Positions 22,484 through 32,526 of a stretch of 64,000 bases of DNA are shown piece after piece (position 1 is the first letter of the stretch; every line of letters starts with the position of its first letter). The notes below the pieces were generated by a model, which saw nothing but the letters and a program-made list of their open reading frames with translations, did not search any database and was not told the origin of the DNA. The DNA comes from a virus (taxonomy: Duplodnaviria > Caudoviricetes). Made by a program: the position numbers and the translations under genes. The stretch spans positions 32,001 through 96,000 of the IMG/VR virus record IMGVR_UViG_2660238657_000001; one strand, given 5' to 3'.

Positions 22484-22729
22484 TTAATATTTGGTCTTAA
22501 TTTTCATTTCCTTTAACTCCCTTAAATCTTCCTCTGTTTCTTCAATCCATTGTTTCTGGAGTTCCTTACCTTTCTCTCTTAATAATTTTCTACTATCACT
22601 AACATAATAGCAATCATTATACCATACTGCTTTACCAACAATAATTTTACTCTCCATATATGGATTATTTTTAATCGCTTCGATTATTAATTCCTTTTCC
22701 TTTTTATTAAAATATAAAGAATATGAAAT
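22484..22729 (-). CDS. Hypothetical protein (81 aa) with apparent ATT start; absent from the ORF track
   Basis: Open frame ISYSLYFNKKEKELII...KIKTKY* behind a GAAGGGTG RBS. Confidence 0.55.
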   Translation of the reverse strand: MSYSLYFNKKEKELIIEAIKNNPYMESKIIVGKAVWYNDCYYVSDSRKLLREKGKELQKQWIEETEEDLRELKEMKIKTKY

Positions 22730-22774
22730 ATCTCTACACCCCTTCCTCTATAAATTTAAAATTGTATCAAATTT

Positions 22775-22866
22775 ACTCCCACTCTGCATCTATACGGACT
22801 TGTGACCGCTTTATATTATATCTCTACGAATCAACGTGGATATTAATATAAAGTTGCATTAAGAGT
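22775..22866 (-). ncRNA. Twister ribozyme, type P1
   Basis: ACUCU-UAA-UGCA-AC-[P3]-GCGG-U-CAC-AA-GU-CCGU-AUAGA-UGCA-GA-GUG-GGAGU: P1, P2, P3, P4 and both pseudoknots pair. Confidence 0.9.
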
Positions 22867-22899
22867 TGGGGGGATATAGAATCCCCCATGTATGTTTAT

Positions 22900-23268
22900 T
22901 TACCCCTCGAACTTTTCTTTTAACTTTAGATACTCTTGATATTTGGCTTCCTCCATTTTCTTTTCTCTTTCTTTATTTTTCTTATCTAATTCTTCTTGCA
23001 TTTGTTTTATTTCTTTTTCTGTAATAATGTTATATTTTAATAATATTCTTCTAATAGAAGGATCACATTTTGATAATACCCACCCTTTTATCCGTTGTTC
23101 ATTCAACACATTGTATATCATGTCGTACTCACTACCTCTACCATTAAACATTAAAACTTCTTTATCTTCAGTAATTATCATTGTTCCGTCTATATCAGCC
23201 ATATGTTCTATACCACAATAAACTATTTTCTTTCCTTCTAATTGTCCTCCACTTGTTAGTACTTTCAT
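22900..23268 (-). CDS. Hypothetical protein
   Basis: 122-aa ORF with RBS. Confidence 0.7.
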   Translation of the reverse strand: MKVLTSGGQLEGKKIVYCGIEHMADIDGTMIITEDKEVLMFNGRGSEYDMIYNVLNEQRIKGWVLSKCDPSIRRILLKYNIITEKEIKQMQEELDKKNKEREKKMEEAKYQEYLKLKEKFEG

Positions 23269-23282
23269 ATATACAGTCCCTC

Positions 23283-23627
23283 CTATTTTTCATTCCTCCA
23301 AAATGGTTTATGATTCCTTTCATTATTTTCTAATCTAGCATAACATTTCTCGCATAGTTTATACTTATGCTTCCAAGGAATTCTACTTAAATCTCGTCCA
23401 CAACATTCGCATTCATTCATATATTGCTGACATTGCTTTTTGCTTTGTCTCTCTAGCTTATCACCCGTATAAATTAATTCTATTTTATTATTAAGTGTTG
23501 AAAGAATCCGTTTAATTCCTTTAAACTCCCACGGTAATGTGCCTATTTTAAATAATTGTGGTATTGAAATTTCTCCATTCCTATCTCTAAAATCTCTATT
23601 CTCAGTTAAATCTACGTTTGCTTTCAT
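23283..23627 (-). CDS. Zn-ribbon hypothetical protein
   Basis: CECC...LCEKC. Confidence 0.7.
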   Translation of the reverse strand: MKANVDLTENRDFRDRNGEISIPQLFKIGTLPWEFKGIKRILSTLNNKIELIYTGDKLERQSKKQCQQYMNECECCGRDLSRIPWKHKYKLCEKCYARLENNERNHKPFWRNEK

Positions 23628-23632
23628 ATTAG

Positions 23633-23832
23633 CTACCTCTTTAAAAATGTTCTAACTTTATGGAATAAGCTTTCCTTTTTCTTTGTATTATTAACTCTAA
23701 CTTTACCTTGTTTAATTTCTAATTGAGATAATTGAGATTTAAGATTATCAATATTCGTAGGAGTATCAATCGTATTAGCAATTTGTTTATGTTTCTTGTT
23801 CTGAAATTCATTTATCATTTTATCTAATGTTA
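23633..23832 (-). CDS. Exon 2 of a hypothetical gene interrupted by the group II intron
   Basis: Joining to 26628-27159 gives a 243-aa frame ...GDWVDEYCDLTLDKMINEF... Confidence 0.85.
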
Positions 23833-26627
23833 ATATGCATAGGTAAGATTTTGAACTTATCGCCATCTTTTCCCCGCATCCACACCCTACGTGCGACTTT
23901 CACCGCATAAGGCGTTCCATCTAAATCCAATTGAAAATTTATAAATTAATTATATAATTATCTTAGCCTTTCTTACCTTTATCACAGGGTTTTTAACTAA
24001 GACTCTTAATTCATTTAGTTTTTTAAGCTGTTTCTTATCTAAACCTACTTTATTCAGCAATTCTTCAATTTTATCTATATCCATTACATGTACTAATTTG
24101 TGTACGTCCGTAGTTAAAACAATTAAATTATCAAAGATATCCGTACCACCTAATTTTTTAGGCTTTTTGTGATGGCAATGCCAACCAAATTTACCTAGAG
24201 GGTGTTTAGATATATAACATTTACCATGCTGTGCAATATATTTACTAATACGATTGTCATTATATTCTATACTCATAGTAGGTATATACGATTCTTTAAT
24301 ATATTTTAAAGTATCCTTATTTATATGCTTCAGTGACTGATGTATTGTCCCCCTACCAACTTTAGTATAATTACATATATCTTGACTAAAGTTTATAGGT
24401 GTTACGTTCTTTTGAGCATATATAGGTGACATAACTACCCCACTTATCATGAAGTATTTAGGGTTATACCCTTTATATCTTTTACGTTGGTGCATAGATA
24501 GATTTTCAGTTTTTGCTTCGGTTCGATTATTTTTAAGTCCTTTTAAGGTCTGAGAACAACTATAGTTTATATCCCTCAAATTTTTTGTTATATGGGTAGC
24601 CACTTTATAGTAGTTTTGTATCCCATGTACCACAGAGTTATATGAATTTATATTTGATTTCGTTGGTCTCTTTTTAATTTTCTTTATTTCTTTTCTAATT
24701 TTAGTAGTAGCGTTAGTTTTAGCTTTATCACTCATATATGTTTTAGCAACCCACAATGTTTTATAATCTTTTGTTTTTCTAAGTTTATTTCTTTTCCATT
24801 CAGCTTTCATTTTAAAACCTAAAAACTCAGAATAGCTTTTCTTTAGATTCAATACCTTAGACTTCTCAGCTGAACATTCTAATCCTAGCCTATTTTTAAG
24901 CATATCTCCTACTGCAATATCTATAGCTTTTGCTTGACTTCTAGTTCTACAAAAAATTTTAAAATCATCGGCATACCTAACAATGTAGATTTCTTTTAGT
25001 TTACTCTTCTTTAACATTTTATTCCTAATACTATGGTCAACCACTATTTTACCTGTTTTAGAGGTTCTATATTTTGTGTAATCTTTATCAGTTTTAAATG
25101 TTTCCCACTGATTAGATACCCACCAATCTAGTTCATTAAGTACTATATTACTTAATAAAGGGCTTAGTATACCACCTTGGGGTACTCCTTTTGTAGGTAT
25201 CCCTATGCCTTCTATTGGTGCTTTTAGCATTACAGATATTATTTTAAGTAGTTTTTTATCTTTTACCCCTAATGCCCATAACTGTTTCAGTAGTTTACCA
25301 TGATTAACATTATCAAAGAATCCTTTTATATCTACATCTACACAGTGGTATAGTTTAGTTATATTTATCAAGTACACTGACCTAGCAATAGCGTGATGTG
25401 TACTCCTATTCGGTCTAAAACCATAACTGTGTTTATGGAACTTCGCTTCACATATAGGCTCTAATACTTGCAATATACATTGTTGGAATAATCTATCCCA
25501 AATAGTGGGTATACCTAAGGGTCTTGTTTTACCATTAGCTTTAGGTATCTCTACTCTCCTTATAGATTTTGGTGTGTAAAAATCAAACATAGTTTTGATT
25601 TTAGTTATTACTTCATCAATATCTATATTATTTATGTCTTTAATTGTAGAACCATCTGTACCCTTAGTCTTACTACCTGTGTTAGATTTTATGTTTCTAT
25701 ACGCTAATCTAATATTATCCTCGTCTGACATTATATTTACTAATTTATAAAAGTTATAACCTTTTTGGCTTTTATAGTACAATGTATCAAAAGTATCTTG
25801 TACATCATAATATTCATTATGCCTAAGTTTCTTCTTGGTCTCCAAGTCGATTACCCCCTTTGTTATAAAATAACAGGGATATATCTTTTTTAGTCACACC
25901 AGAACCTTAAGGACTTAAAGGAACTTAAAAAAAATTATTCAATCTTCATTTAGACTAGTGGCTATCCCTCCATGTTCGTTACACATTTCATAGGTACTGT
26001 GCCACCACTTTCACAAGCATAAAACAAAGTTATCCTTTATTAACTATTATCGTTTTAAGTTTTCCTTTGTACCGTTTCATAGACCATAGAGAGTCTCCAC
26101 GTCACTTGCTTACCATGTTGAAATATATTTATCTATTACGATGAATTTAGGTGCTTTCTTTGAGCCTGTTGGCGTTCCAAAACCTTTAATTTTGCAAGGA
26201 TGTTCACAGTGACCATCATTACTAATCCCCATCCAACCTACCTCTAAGGGTAGAACTACCTCTTCGATAGCCTATATTTCTAGACTCGTACATTCAAAAG
26301 TTCGTCAGAAATTTTTTTAACGTAACGTATAGTTTAATCTCATTCTCACCATGTCCATCAGACACAAGCAATATGATTTACGCCTTACCCCTCGGTTTGG
26401 TTTTCGTCAGCCTAACTGTTACGGTAAATTCTCTTGCCTTGACATCGGGCTTAATACACGCCTAACCCTTATTTAAGTTCGTGCATTCCGACCTCGTGTG
26501 TTCCCTTCAGGGCGTTACCCCTTCATTCGAAACATCAATATATTCCTTTACACTGAAATATTTCAGTGTAGTCTACCTTTACCGAAGTAGCGTTAAACAC
26601 TCTTCATTAATAGACAACATGTCGCAC
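23833..26627 (-). mobile_element. Group II intron (2795 nt)
   Basis: 5' GTGCG; domain V GAACGCCTTATGCGGTGAAAGTCGCACGTAGGGTGT; 3' end ...ATAT; in-frame exon junction. Confidence 0.93.
23950..25845 (-). CDS. ltrA: Group II intron reverse transcriptase/maturase with HNH endonuclease
   Basis: RPLGIP, SYGFRP, DIKGFFD, GVPQG, YADD, HCHH..GG..NL..H. Confidence 0.96.
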   Translation of the reverse strand: METKKKLRHNEYYDVQDTFDTLYYKSQKGYNFYKLVNIMSDEDNIRLAYRNIKSNTGSKTKGTDGSTIKDINNIDIDEVITKIKTMFDFYTPKSIRRVEIPKANGKTRPLGIPTIWDRLFQQCILQVLEPICEAKFHKHSYGFRPNRSTHHAIARSVYLINITKLYHCVDVDIKGFFDNVNHGKLLKQLWALGVKDKKLLKIISVMLKAPIEGIGIPTKGVPQGGILSPLLSNIVLNELDWWVSNQWETFKTDKDYTKYRTSKTGKIVVDHSIRNKMLKKSKLKEIYIVRYADDFKIFCRTRSQAKAIDIAVGDMLKNRLGLECSAEKSKVLNLKKSYSEFLGFKMKAEWKRNKLRKTKDYKTLWVAKTYMSDKAKTNATTKIRKEIKKIKKRPTKSNINSYNSVVHGIQNYYKVATHITKNLRDINYSCSQTLKGLKNNRTEAKTENLSMHQRKRYKGYNPKYFMISGVVMSPIYAQKNVTPINFSQDICNYTKVGRGTIHQSLKHINKDTLKYIKESYIPTMSIEYNDNRISKYIAQHGKCYISKHPLGKFGWHCHHKKPKKLGGTDIFDNLIVLTTDVHKLVHVMDIDKIEELLNKVGLDKKQLKKLNELRVLVKNPVIKVRKAKIII

Positions 26628-27159
26628 AATCACAATATTCATCCACCCAATCTCCTAAGAAATAAAATCTATCTATTACAGCACGGCTTTTCTCATCTTG
26701 AAAAGTACCAAATAATATAGGGTCTTTTTCTCTACGTTCTTTTTCTACCTGCCTTTCCATTTTACCTGTATAGTCAGTAAATAATATATATAACTGGTCA
26801 AATTTACCCTTAGTCTGTTTAATTACTTCTACAATTTCATCTGGTATTTCTCTTTCATAACGTTCTAACTCTATTAGTTTAACTACATCTTTAGCTATAT
26901 CATCTATGTATTCATCTACATCATCCCTATATACAAAAGTATTAATACCCATTTTAACTATTTCTCTTTCTTTTTCTATTGATTCTAGGTGAAATATTAA
27001 TTTCTTTAATCCTGCCGTCTGTTCTGTTGTAACATATTTTTCAGCTAATGTTAATCCGTTATTATAAATTTCTACTAGTTCATCATCCGTAATTGTATGT
27101 TTCTTTTCTTTCAATAAGTCAAAGTATTCTTTTGGTGTTAACTCCTTTTTAATATCCAT
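26628..27159 (-). CDS. Exon 1 of the intron-interrupted hypothetical gene
   Basis: ORF runs into GTGCG intron start after EYCD. Confidence 0.85.
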
Positions 27160-27216
27160 AATATACCCTCCTCCAGTTGTTTTTAATTTTATTTTACAAA
27201 CGATAAAAGCATTGTT

Positions 27217-27369
27217 TTATGAGTTATTCTTTAGTGCGTGTAATCCCTTAGGCTCATAATTTGTAGGCTCTAAATATCCATCTACCCAATTTAAACAAGT
27301 AGTACAGGGTTTATCATTTGTATTTCTATTGCCATATTCGCAGTCATCGCATAAATTGTATTCTTCCAT
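27217..27369 (-). CDS. Small Cys-rich protein (50 aa); stop codon overlaps a palindrome site
   Basis: MEEYNLCDDCEY...PCTTC, AGGAGG RBS. Confidence 0.6.
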   Translation of the reverse strand: MEEYNLCDDCEYGNRNTNDKPCTTCLNWVDGYLEPTNYEPKGLHALKNNS

Positions 27370-27413
27370 CTTTATTCCTCCTTAAATTATTTCTTTTTTC
27401 TCAAATCATTACA

Positions 27414-27785
27414 TCAATTCCATATTTCACCACACTCATTACCGTCAAATGTTAATATTAATACATCGTCATCCTCGCCTATGAATTTAATATAAGAATT
27501 GGGTGCAACATATTTAGCAATAGAATTTAATATGTCTTTATCATCTCCAAGTTTCTCACCACTAAAGTGGTCTAAAATATAATCTCCATTTTTATTCGTA
27601 ATTAGTGGATATCTAATAGCCTCAAAAGCTTCATAAAAATTCTTTGCGCTTATTATATCATGTGGTATTACCCACATTGGTTTGTTATTAGTTAATATGT
27701 ATTCTTTCAATGTTTTAAACGCATTTTCTATATTTGATTTTTTAATTTTAAAATCATGTTCCATAAGATCGATACAGTACCCCAT
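27414..27785 (-). CDS. Hypothetical phage protein
   Basis: 123 aa, AGGAGG RBS, MGY..., GEKLGDD, GED. Confidence 0.75.
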   Translation of the reverse strand: MGYCIDLMEHDFKIKKSNIENAFKTLKEYILTNNKPMWVIPHDIISAKNFYEAFEAIRYPLITNKNGDYILDHFSGEKLGDDKDILNSIAKYVAPNSYIKFIGEDDDVLILTFDGNECGEIWN

Positions 27786-27869
27786 GTGTTTTGTATTCCT
27801 CCTTTAGATTTACTATACACATCCCTTTATTTTTGTTGCTTTCATCATTATTAAAACCACCTCTTAATT

Positions 27870-28088
27870 TTACTTTTTACTAACTACATATTTCATTACT
27901 TTTTTAACTTTTAATGGCAATTCTAGATGTTCCTGAAAACAATCCTTACTTACATTATTCTCTTTACCACACTTAGGACAATACATAAATGGATATTTGC
28001 TATTTATAACTTCTATATATTCTTTTGAATGTACTATAAATGGGAAATCGCATCTTAAACATTTTAATAAAGCCCATTCATCCAACAA
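27870..28088 (-). CDS. Zn-ribbon protein
   Basis: CLRC...CPKCG. Confidence 0.65.
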   Translation of the reverse strand: MLDEWALLKCLRCDFPFIVHSKEYIEVINSKYPFMYCPKCGKENNVSKDCFQEHLELPLKVKKVMKYVVSKK

Positions 28089-28107
28089 ACCACCTTCTTT
28101 CTATAAT

Positions 28108-28296
28108 TTACTCAAAATCAAACTCAACCACATAGTAATATTTTTTATTTATATTCCTTAACAAATTATACAATCCACACATACATTTTGCCTTATATTC
28201 CATATCAAAACCTGTCCTTCCAAAACAAAGATACGACTTAACTATTTTTACATATTCGTTGTTATCTGCTCTTCTTTTAACTATGGTATAATACAT
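28108..28296 (-). CDS. Hypothetical protein
   Basis: 62 aa with GGGGGTG RBS. Confidence 0.6.
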   Translation of the reverse strand: MYYTIVKRRADNNEYVKIVKSYLCFGRTGFDMEYKAKCMCGLYNLLRNINKKYYYVVEFDFE

Positions 28297-28329
28297 TTAA
28301 TCACCCCCATTTTTGGATTTATTTTAATC

Positions 28330-28644
28330 TTATAATCTTTTTAAATCTAATCCTAATACCTTATTTAACGTTCCTTTCTCAATCATTACTCTAATGTTTT
28401 CATTATACTTTTCCTTGCTTATGTAGTCTTCTGGTAATCCTAAATCATATACGGGTATTGGAATATCATCTGCTCTGCCTTTAAATTCTTTAATTTCTTC
28501 TTCATTAAATCTATGTGCTATTCTTACATCAGATGTATATCCACACTCTTCATCTCTACAACCCCAGAATAAGCACCATTCATCACCATATATACTGTTA
28601 TGTCTATTGCATAATAATAAATATTTCTTAGCCAATCTAATCAT
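28330..28644 (-). CDS. Hypothetical protein
   Basis: 104 aa, coupled to the upstream ORF. Confidence 0.65.
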   Translation of the reverse strand: MIRLAKKYLLLCNRHNSIYGDEWCLFWGCRDEECGYTSDVRIAHRFNEEEIKEFKGRADDIPIPVYDLGLPEDYISKEKYNENIRVMIEKGTLNKVLGLDLKRL

Positions 28645-28987
28645 CTCCTTCTAATTCTTTAACCATTTCCCTACAATAGCAACTATGACATAATTTTAGA
28701 CCTTGTGCTTTAAATCTGTTTGGAAATGGGTTAGTTCGTCCATATATAAATGCTTCACTATCTCTTACGGTACTACCACATGAATCACATTTTACATATT
28801 CTATTTTACTCGCATTATATGTAGGCTGAAATTCAACGTATATCTCAAACTCTTTGCCACAATTCTCATTCTCACATTCCCAATCTAAAGTATTGCCACT
28901 ACCCAATCCGTCACATAATGCGTCTGTCATGCTATTCTTATATCCACAATAAGGACGTTCTACAGTATCACTATATATTTTTATCAC
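28637..28987 (-). CDS. Cys-rich Zn-binding hypothetical protein
   Basis: Several CxxC pairs. Confidence 0.65.
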   Translation of the reverse strand: MIKIYSDTVERPYCGYKNSMTDALCDGLGSGNTLDWECENENCGKEFEIYVEFQPTYNASKIEYVKCDSCGSTVRDSEAFIYGRTNPFPNRFKAQGLKLCHSCYCREMVKELEGDD

Positions 28988-29237
28988 TTCCTTTAGTATC
29001 TAATAATTCCAACTCATCTTCCTTAAAATAAGCCGTTTCCCAATCATCTAAATAATATATTCTAACTTTATATTTAATTTCACCTTTGGTTTTGATCCAA
29101 CTTACAATCTCACCACACATGTCTTTGTATTGTTTCAGATGGTCTACACCTACGTCTTTGACTACTACTAAATCTCTAGTTCTAAATTTCATATTATCTA
29201 CCTTCCAATTGTTCAAGCTGTTGTTTATATTGTTCAA
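28971..29237 (-). CDS. Small SH3-like/KOW-like hypothetical protein (likely start MKFRTRD)
   Basis: MKF...D.VVV...GEI....Y.V.....F.EDELEL pattern. Confidence 0.55.
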   Translation of the reverse strand: MNNINNSLNNWKVDNMKFRTRDLVVVKDVGVDHLKQYKDMCGEIVSWIKTKGEIKYKVRIYYLDDWETAYFKEDELELLDTKGSDKNI

Positions 29238-29826
29238 GTGATTTACTTACTGTTGATAGTTTTTCTTGTGTTTTTAGCTTACATTCTTCTAAATCGTGAA
29301 TTTCCTGTGTGATATTTTCTATGTCCTCAATCAATATTTTTCTCTTTGTTTCACCTTTTGTTATAATGTTCTTCAACCTATTAATTTCTTCTATATTTTG
29401 TTTCTTTTTAACAACTTGTACTTTATCTTTATCTACGTATAATGCATTTAATTCGCTTAGTTGGATTAAGAATTGTTCAGTTCCTTTTACTTCATCAACT
29501 ATAGTTCCTTTTACATTCTTAATACCTTCAGGACTATCTAATATTAAAACTTCATCTCCTATTTGTGGCTGATATTCGTTTTCTTTAATGGTTTCTTCTT
29601 TGTGTAATTTATTTTCATTTATTTTTGTTGATAATGATTTTATATACTTAGATAAGTCACTATCATCATTATGTAAGTCTTTTAAAACATCTTCTTGGCT
29701 TCCTATTACTATTGGTTTAAGTCCTAACAAACTTCCTACTAAATCTTGATCCCCATCAAAAATTGCTTTTATAAACTCATCAGCTTTTCTCATTTCTTTG
29801 TTTGATAATCTTTTTATGTTTGTCAT
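29194..29826 (-). CDS. Hypothetical protein with KOW-like segment and coiled coil
   Basis: 210-aa ORF. Confidence 0.65.
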   Translation of the reverse strand: MTNIKRLSNKEMRKADEFIKAIFDGDQDLVGSLLGLKPIVIGSQEDVLKDLHNDDSDLSKYIKSLSTKINENKLHKEETIKENEYQPQIGDEVLILDSPEGIKNVKGTIVDEVKGTEQFLIQLSELNALYVDKDKVQVVKKKQNIEEINRLKNIITKGETKRKILIEDIENITQEIHDLEECKLKTQEKLSTVSKSLEQYKQQLEQLEGR

Positions 29827-29906
29827 ATTAATTCACCTTTACCTTTCATATACTGTTTTTATTTTAATTAATCTTTATTTAATATTAAGAATAAAATTAT
29901 TTATTC

Positions 29907-30074
29907 TTATGCTTGTTGAAAATATTCTGACATGCTGTCTAAGTTCATAACTATTTCTTCATTGTTGTCATTTATAATTTTCTTGCCGAATCCAAATTCA
30001 TCTAGTCCCAAACATTTGTATTCTTGTCCTACTGTAAATCCTTCGGCTTCTTTAATGCATCTTAAAGTTTTCAT
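29907..30074 (-). CDS. Small hypothetical protein (55 aa)
   Basis: MKTLRCIKEAEGFTVGQEYKC...; GGGAG RBS; follows a promoter. Confidence 0.6.
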   Translation of the reverse strand: MKTLRCIKEAEGFTVGQEYKCLGLDEFGFGKKIINDNNEEIVMNLDSMSEYFQQA

Positions 30075-30142
30075 ATTGTTATCTCCCTTATATGTATTAT
30101 ATTTTTATTCGTTGCTCTGTACTTTTTCCTTGCTACAAGTAT

Positions 30143-30171
30143 ATATTACCATGGTTGCTTTTACTTGTCAA
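30143..30171 (-). promoter_or_regulatory. Sigma-A promoter
   Basis: TTGACA-17bp-TAATAT with TG. Confidence 0.7.
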
Positions 30172-30255
30172 TACTTATTTGAAAATAATTTAATTTATTT
30201 TTATTTACTATAAAATCAAGTTTTTATGACTATTTCAATATTTTTAAATTTCTCT

Positions 30256-30513
30256 CTATACTTGAACTTGTACTATCATACTATACTGACCTTTGTCTAG
30301 CCTAATATCTTTTAAATCTGTTGGTGAAGGTATTTCATCTCCATCTTCCAACATACCACTTAAATGTAATCCTAGTGCATCATGTGCCATGTAATAAGTA
30401 TCTGCTATGTCATCTCCTTCTGTTATACATCCTGCAAAATCAGGGAAATTAATACAATAAGCACCACATTCTAAGTCTGGTGTTAGTATTGCTACGTATG
30501 TATACTTTTTCAT
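30256..30513 (-). CDS. hicB: HicB-family antitoxin domain (orphan)
   Basis: Y.AIL....GAY...FPDF.GCITEGD......MA.DALGL.......EIPSP. Confidence 0.88.
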   Translation of the reverse strand: MKKYTYVAILTPDLECGAYCINFPDFAGCITEGDDIADTYYMAHDALGLHLSGMLEDGDEIPSPTDLKDIRLDKGQYSMIVQVQV

Positions 30514-30580
30514 AAATCATTCCTCCTTTTCACATATAATATAATTATTACACATTATCAATCACGATAAAAGTCTTAAT

Positions 30581-31048
30581 TTATATCCTTTTACATCTAG
30601 CTTTGTCCTTACAAACTTGATTTACGATCTTACTTTCTTCTTTTGTCTTAGCAGATACCACACAACTCAATACAGAACTTTTGTTGTAATATCCTTCAAT
30701 TGTATAAGTTGGTATTCCATTATCTCTTAATGTATCAGCTATAATTTTACTATCTTCTCTTGTTCTTGGAGCTACAAAGAATGTCCATTCCTCATCTTTC
30801 TTAAACTTATTAAATAATCCTGTAGCTAAAAATGTTCCTAATGTCTCAGCAACCCCTATTACAACTATTCCTATATAACTTTTAGCTATTACTACATTCA
30901 TTAGGATTATAGCATTTGTAATAGAAGCTACACCTTTTAATATTCCTGCCAATTTATCATACCCATAAATTAAAGCTTTTGTTTTAGTTGTTGTGAACAT
31001 ACAGTCTATTAATTTTAATACAAATACTAATACATATAGTTTAATCAT
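30581..31048 (-). CDS. Membrane protein (DUF2179/DUF5698-like)
   Basis: Three TM helices followed by a PII-like LRDNG..YTIEG segment. Confidence 0.6.
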   Translation of the reverse strand: MIKLYVLVFVLKLIDCMFTTTKTKALIYGYDKLAGILKGVASITNAIILMNVVIAKSYIGIVVIGVAETLGTFLATGLFNKFKKDEEWTFFVAPRTREDSKIIADTLRDNGIPTYTIEGYYNKSSVLSCVVSAKTKEESKIVNQVCKDKARCKRI

Positions 31049-31125
31049 CCTACCATCCTTTCTTTGTTACCTTTTTTGTTATCTCTTGTATAACGTTAAT
31101 TGCATACTATATATATTCTTTTATA

Positions 31126-31704
31126 TTACATTTTTTCCTTTATAAATTCTTCTGTTATTTCTCTTAACTCCTGAACACTATTTTCTAAGTCTCTATTAAC
31201 TATCTTTGTATCATATTTTACTCCTCTGAACATCTTAAAATCATTAATCAATCTTGATATCCCTTTTACTAATCCATCTCGTTTTATTAATCTTTTAACT
31301 CTAGTAAAAAATGGAACTGTAACATATACGATTTTATAATCTACTCTGCTTTCTACTTTATTAGCGAAATAATCTACTCCTGCCTTATCTATGATGTAAT
31401 ATGTACTTTCCTCCACTTGATTCATGGTTGCCCAATAATGATTACCATTAAAATATGTATAAGCTACAGTATCAACTTCATTTCCTAGTTTGTCATATAT
31501 CTTTATTTCATTGGTTTTGTCATCTCTAATAAATGTGTAATCTTTTTCTCTAACAAATATATGTCCTTTTTCATTTTTAGTTCGTTCTGCTCTAGTAGTA
31601 TAACTTTGTATAGCTTTATATCCATACCACTCCATTTCTTCTATTATAGTTGACTTACCACTTGCAGATTGTCCTAATACTAAAACTATTTTTGGTTTAT
31701 TCAT
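31126..31704 (-). CDS. Guanylate kinase-like nucleotide kinase
   Basis: GQSASGKS, SYTTR..R..E..H.F, YTYFNG..Y. Confidence 0.8.
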   Translation of the reverse strand: MNKPKIVLVLGQSASGKSTIIEEMEWYGYKAIQSYTTRAERTKNEKGHIFVREKDYTFIRDDKTNEIKIYDKLGNEVDTVAYTYFNGNHYWATMNQVEESTYYIIDKAGVDYFANKVESRVDYKIVYVTVPFFTRVKRLIKRDGLVKGISRLINDFKMFRGVKYDTKIVNRDLENSVQELREITEEFIKEKM

Positions 31705-31717
31705 AAGTCACACCCCC

Positions 31718-32392
31718 TTATAATTTATATTCTAATTTAATTTGGTTAATATTATTTATCCTCCTTATTCTATCTTCCAACTCCTCAAAGTCAGTATTAC
31801 AATATAAACACTTAATACCGATACCACTTTCCTTGCTAACTACTTCCCTATGACAATTCGGGCATCTATACTTATATTTAACTACAGGCTTTCTAGGTTT
31901 CTTTTCTTTAGGTTTAATAACCTTACTTAAACAAAATACGCTTTGATCTATTTCTAAATATCTCACTTCTTGTAATAGACTTTCTGATAAGCTAGTCATA
32001 CTCCAACCAATTCTAGGTGCTTTCTCTACATTTAACCCTATTCTTTCAGCTTCGTCTTTAAAGTTTTCGTTATGACGCCCTCTCGATGAACAATCCTCAA
32101 CTCCCTTGAATGAATTAGAAATATGGCACATTTCATGCAAAAATGTCTCCATTATTTCTTCATAAGTTCTATTAAGAAAATCAGCTACAATATTTATTTC
32201 ATACATATAATTTTCTTTATCACCTATTTTCTCACACCACCAAGGTTCACTTGAACACCATCCTAATACTTGTTTACTTTTACTCTTTGGTTGTGATTGA
32301 ATTGTAATTACACAAGGCAATAATTCACCATTAAACTTCCTCTCATTGAAAATATCATATGCTTTGTGTAATTCCCTTATAATTTTATCCAT
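31718..32392 (-). CDS. SprT-like zinc metalloprotease
   Basis: FN...F.GEL, HEMCH, H...F, C-terminal CPNC/CLYC. Confidence 0.82.
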   Translation of the reverse strand: MDKIIRELHKAYDIFNERKFNGELLPCVITIQSQPKSKSKQVLGWCSSEPWWCEKIGDKENYMYEINIVADFLNRTYEEIMETFLHEMCHISNSFKGVEDCSSRGRHNENFKDEAERIGLNVEKAPRIGWSMTSLSESLLQEVRYLEIDQSVFCLSKVIKPKEKKPRKPVVKYKYRCPNCHREVVSKESGIGIKCLYCNTDFEELEDRIRRINNINQIKLEYKL

Positions 32393-32526
32393 AATAACTC
32401 CCCCTTAAATATCTACTAATAATATATGCTATTAATAGATGTATTGTTCATATTTTCATTGATATGTTTTAATTTGTTTTCTATGCTCTTAAAATAGACA
32501 TTTTATTTAATTTTAAATATATGTAT

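Noticed and set aside
23833-23866. ATG start of the 77-aa ORF 23633-23866
   Set aside because: Lies in intron domain VI; the real coding part is exon 2 from 23832
23950-25845. RT as a retron, DGR or defence RT
   Set aside because: Has maturase and HNH domains, intron domain V and in-frame exons, so it is an ordinary group II intron
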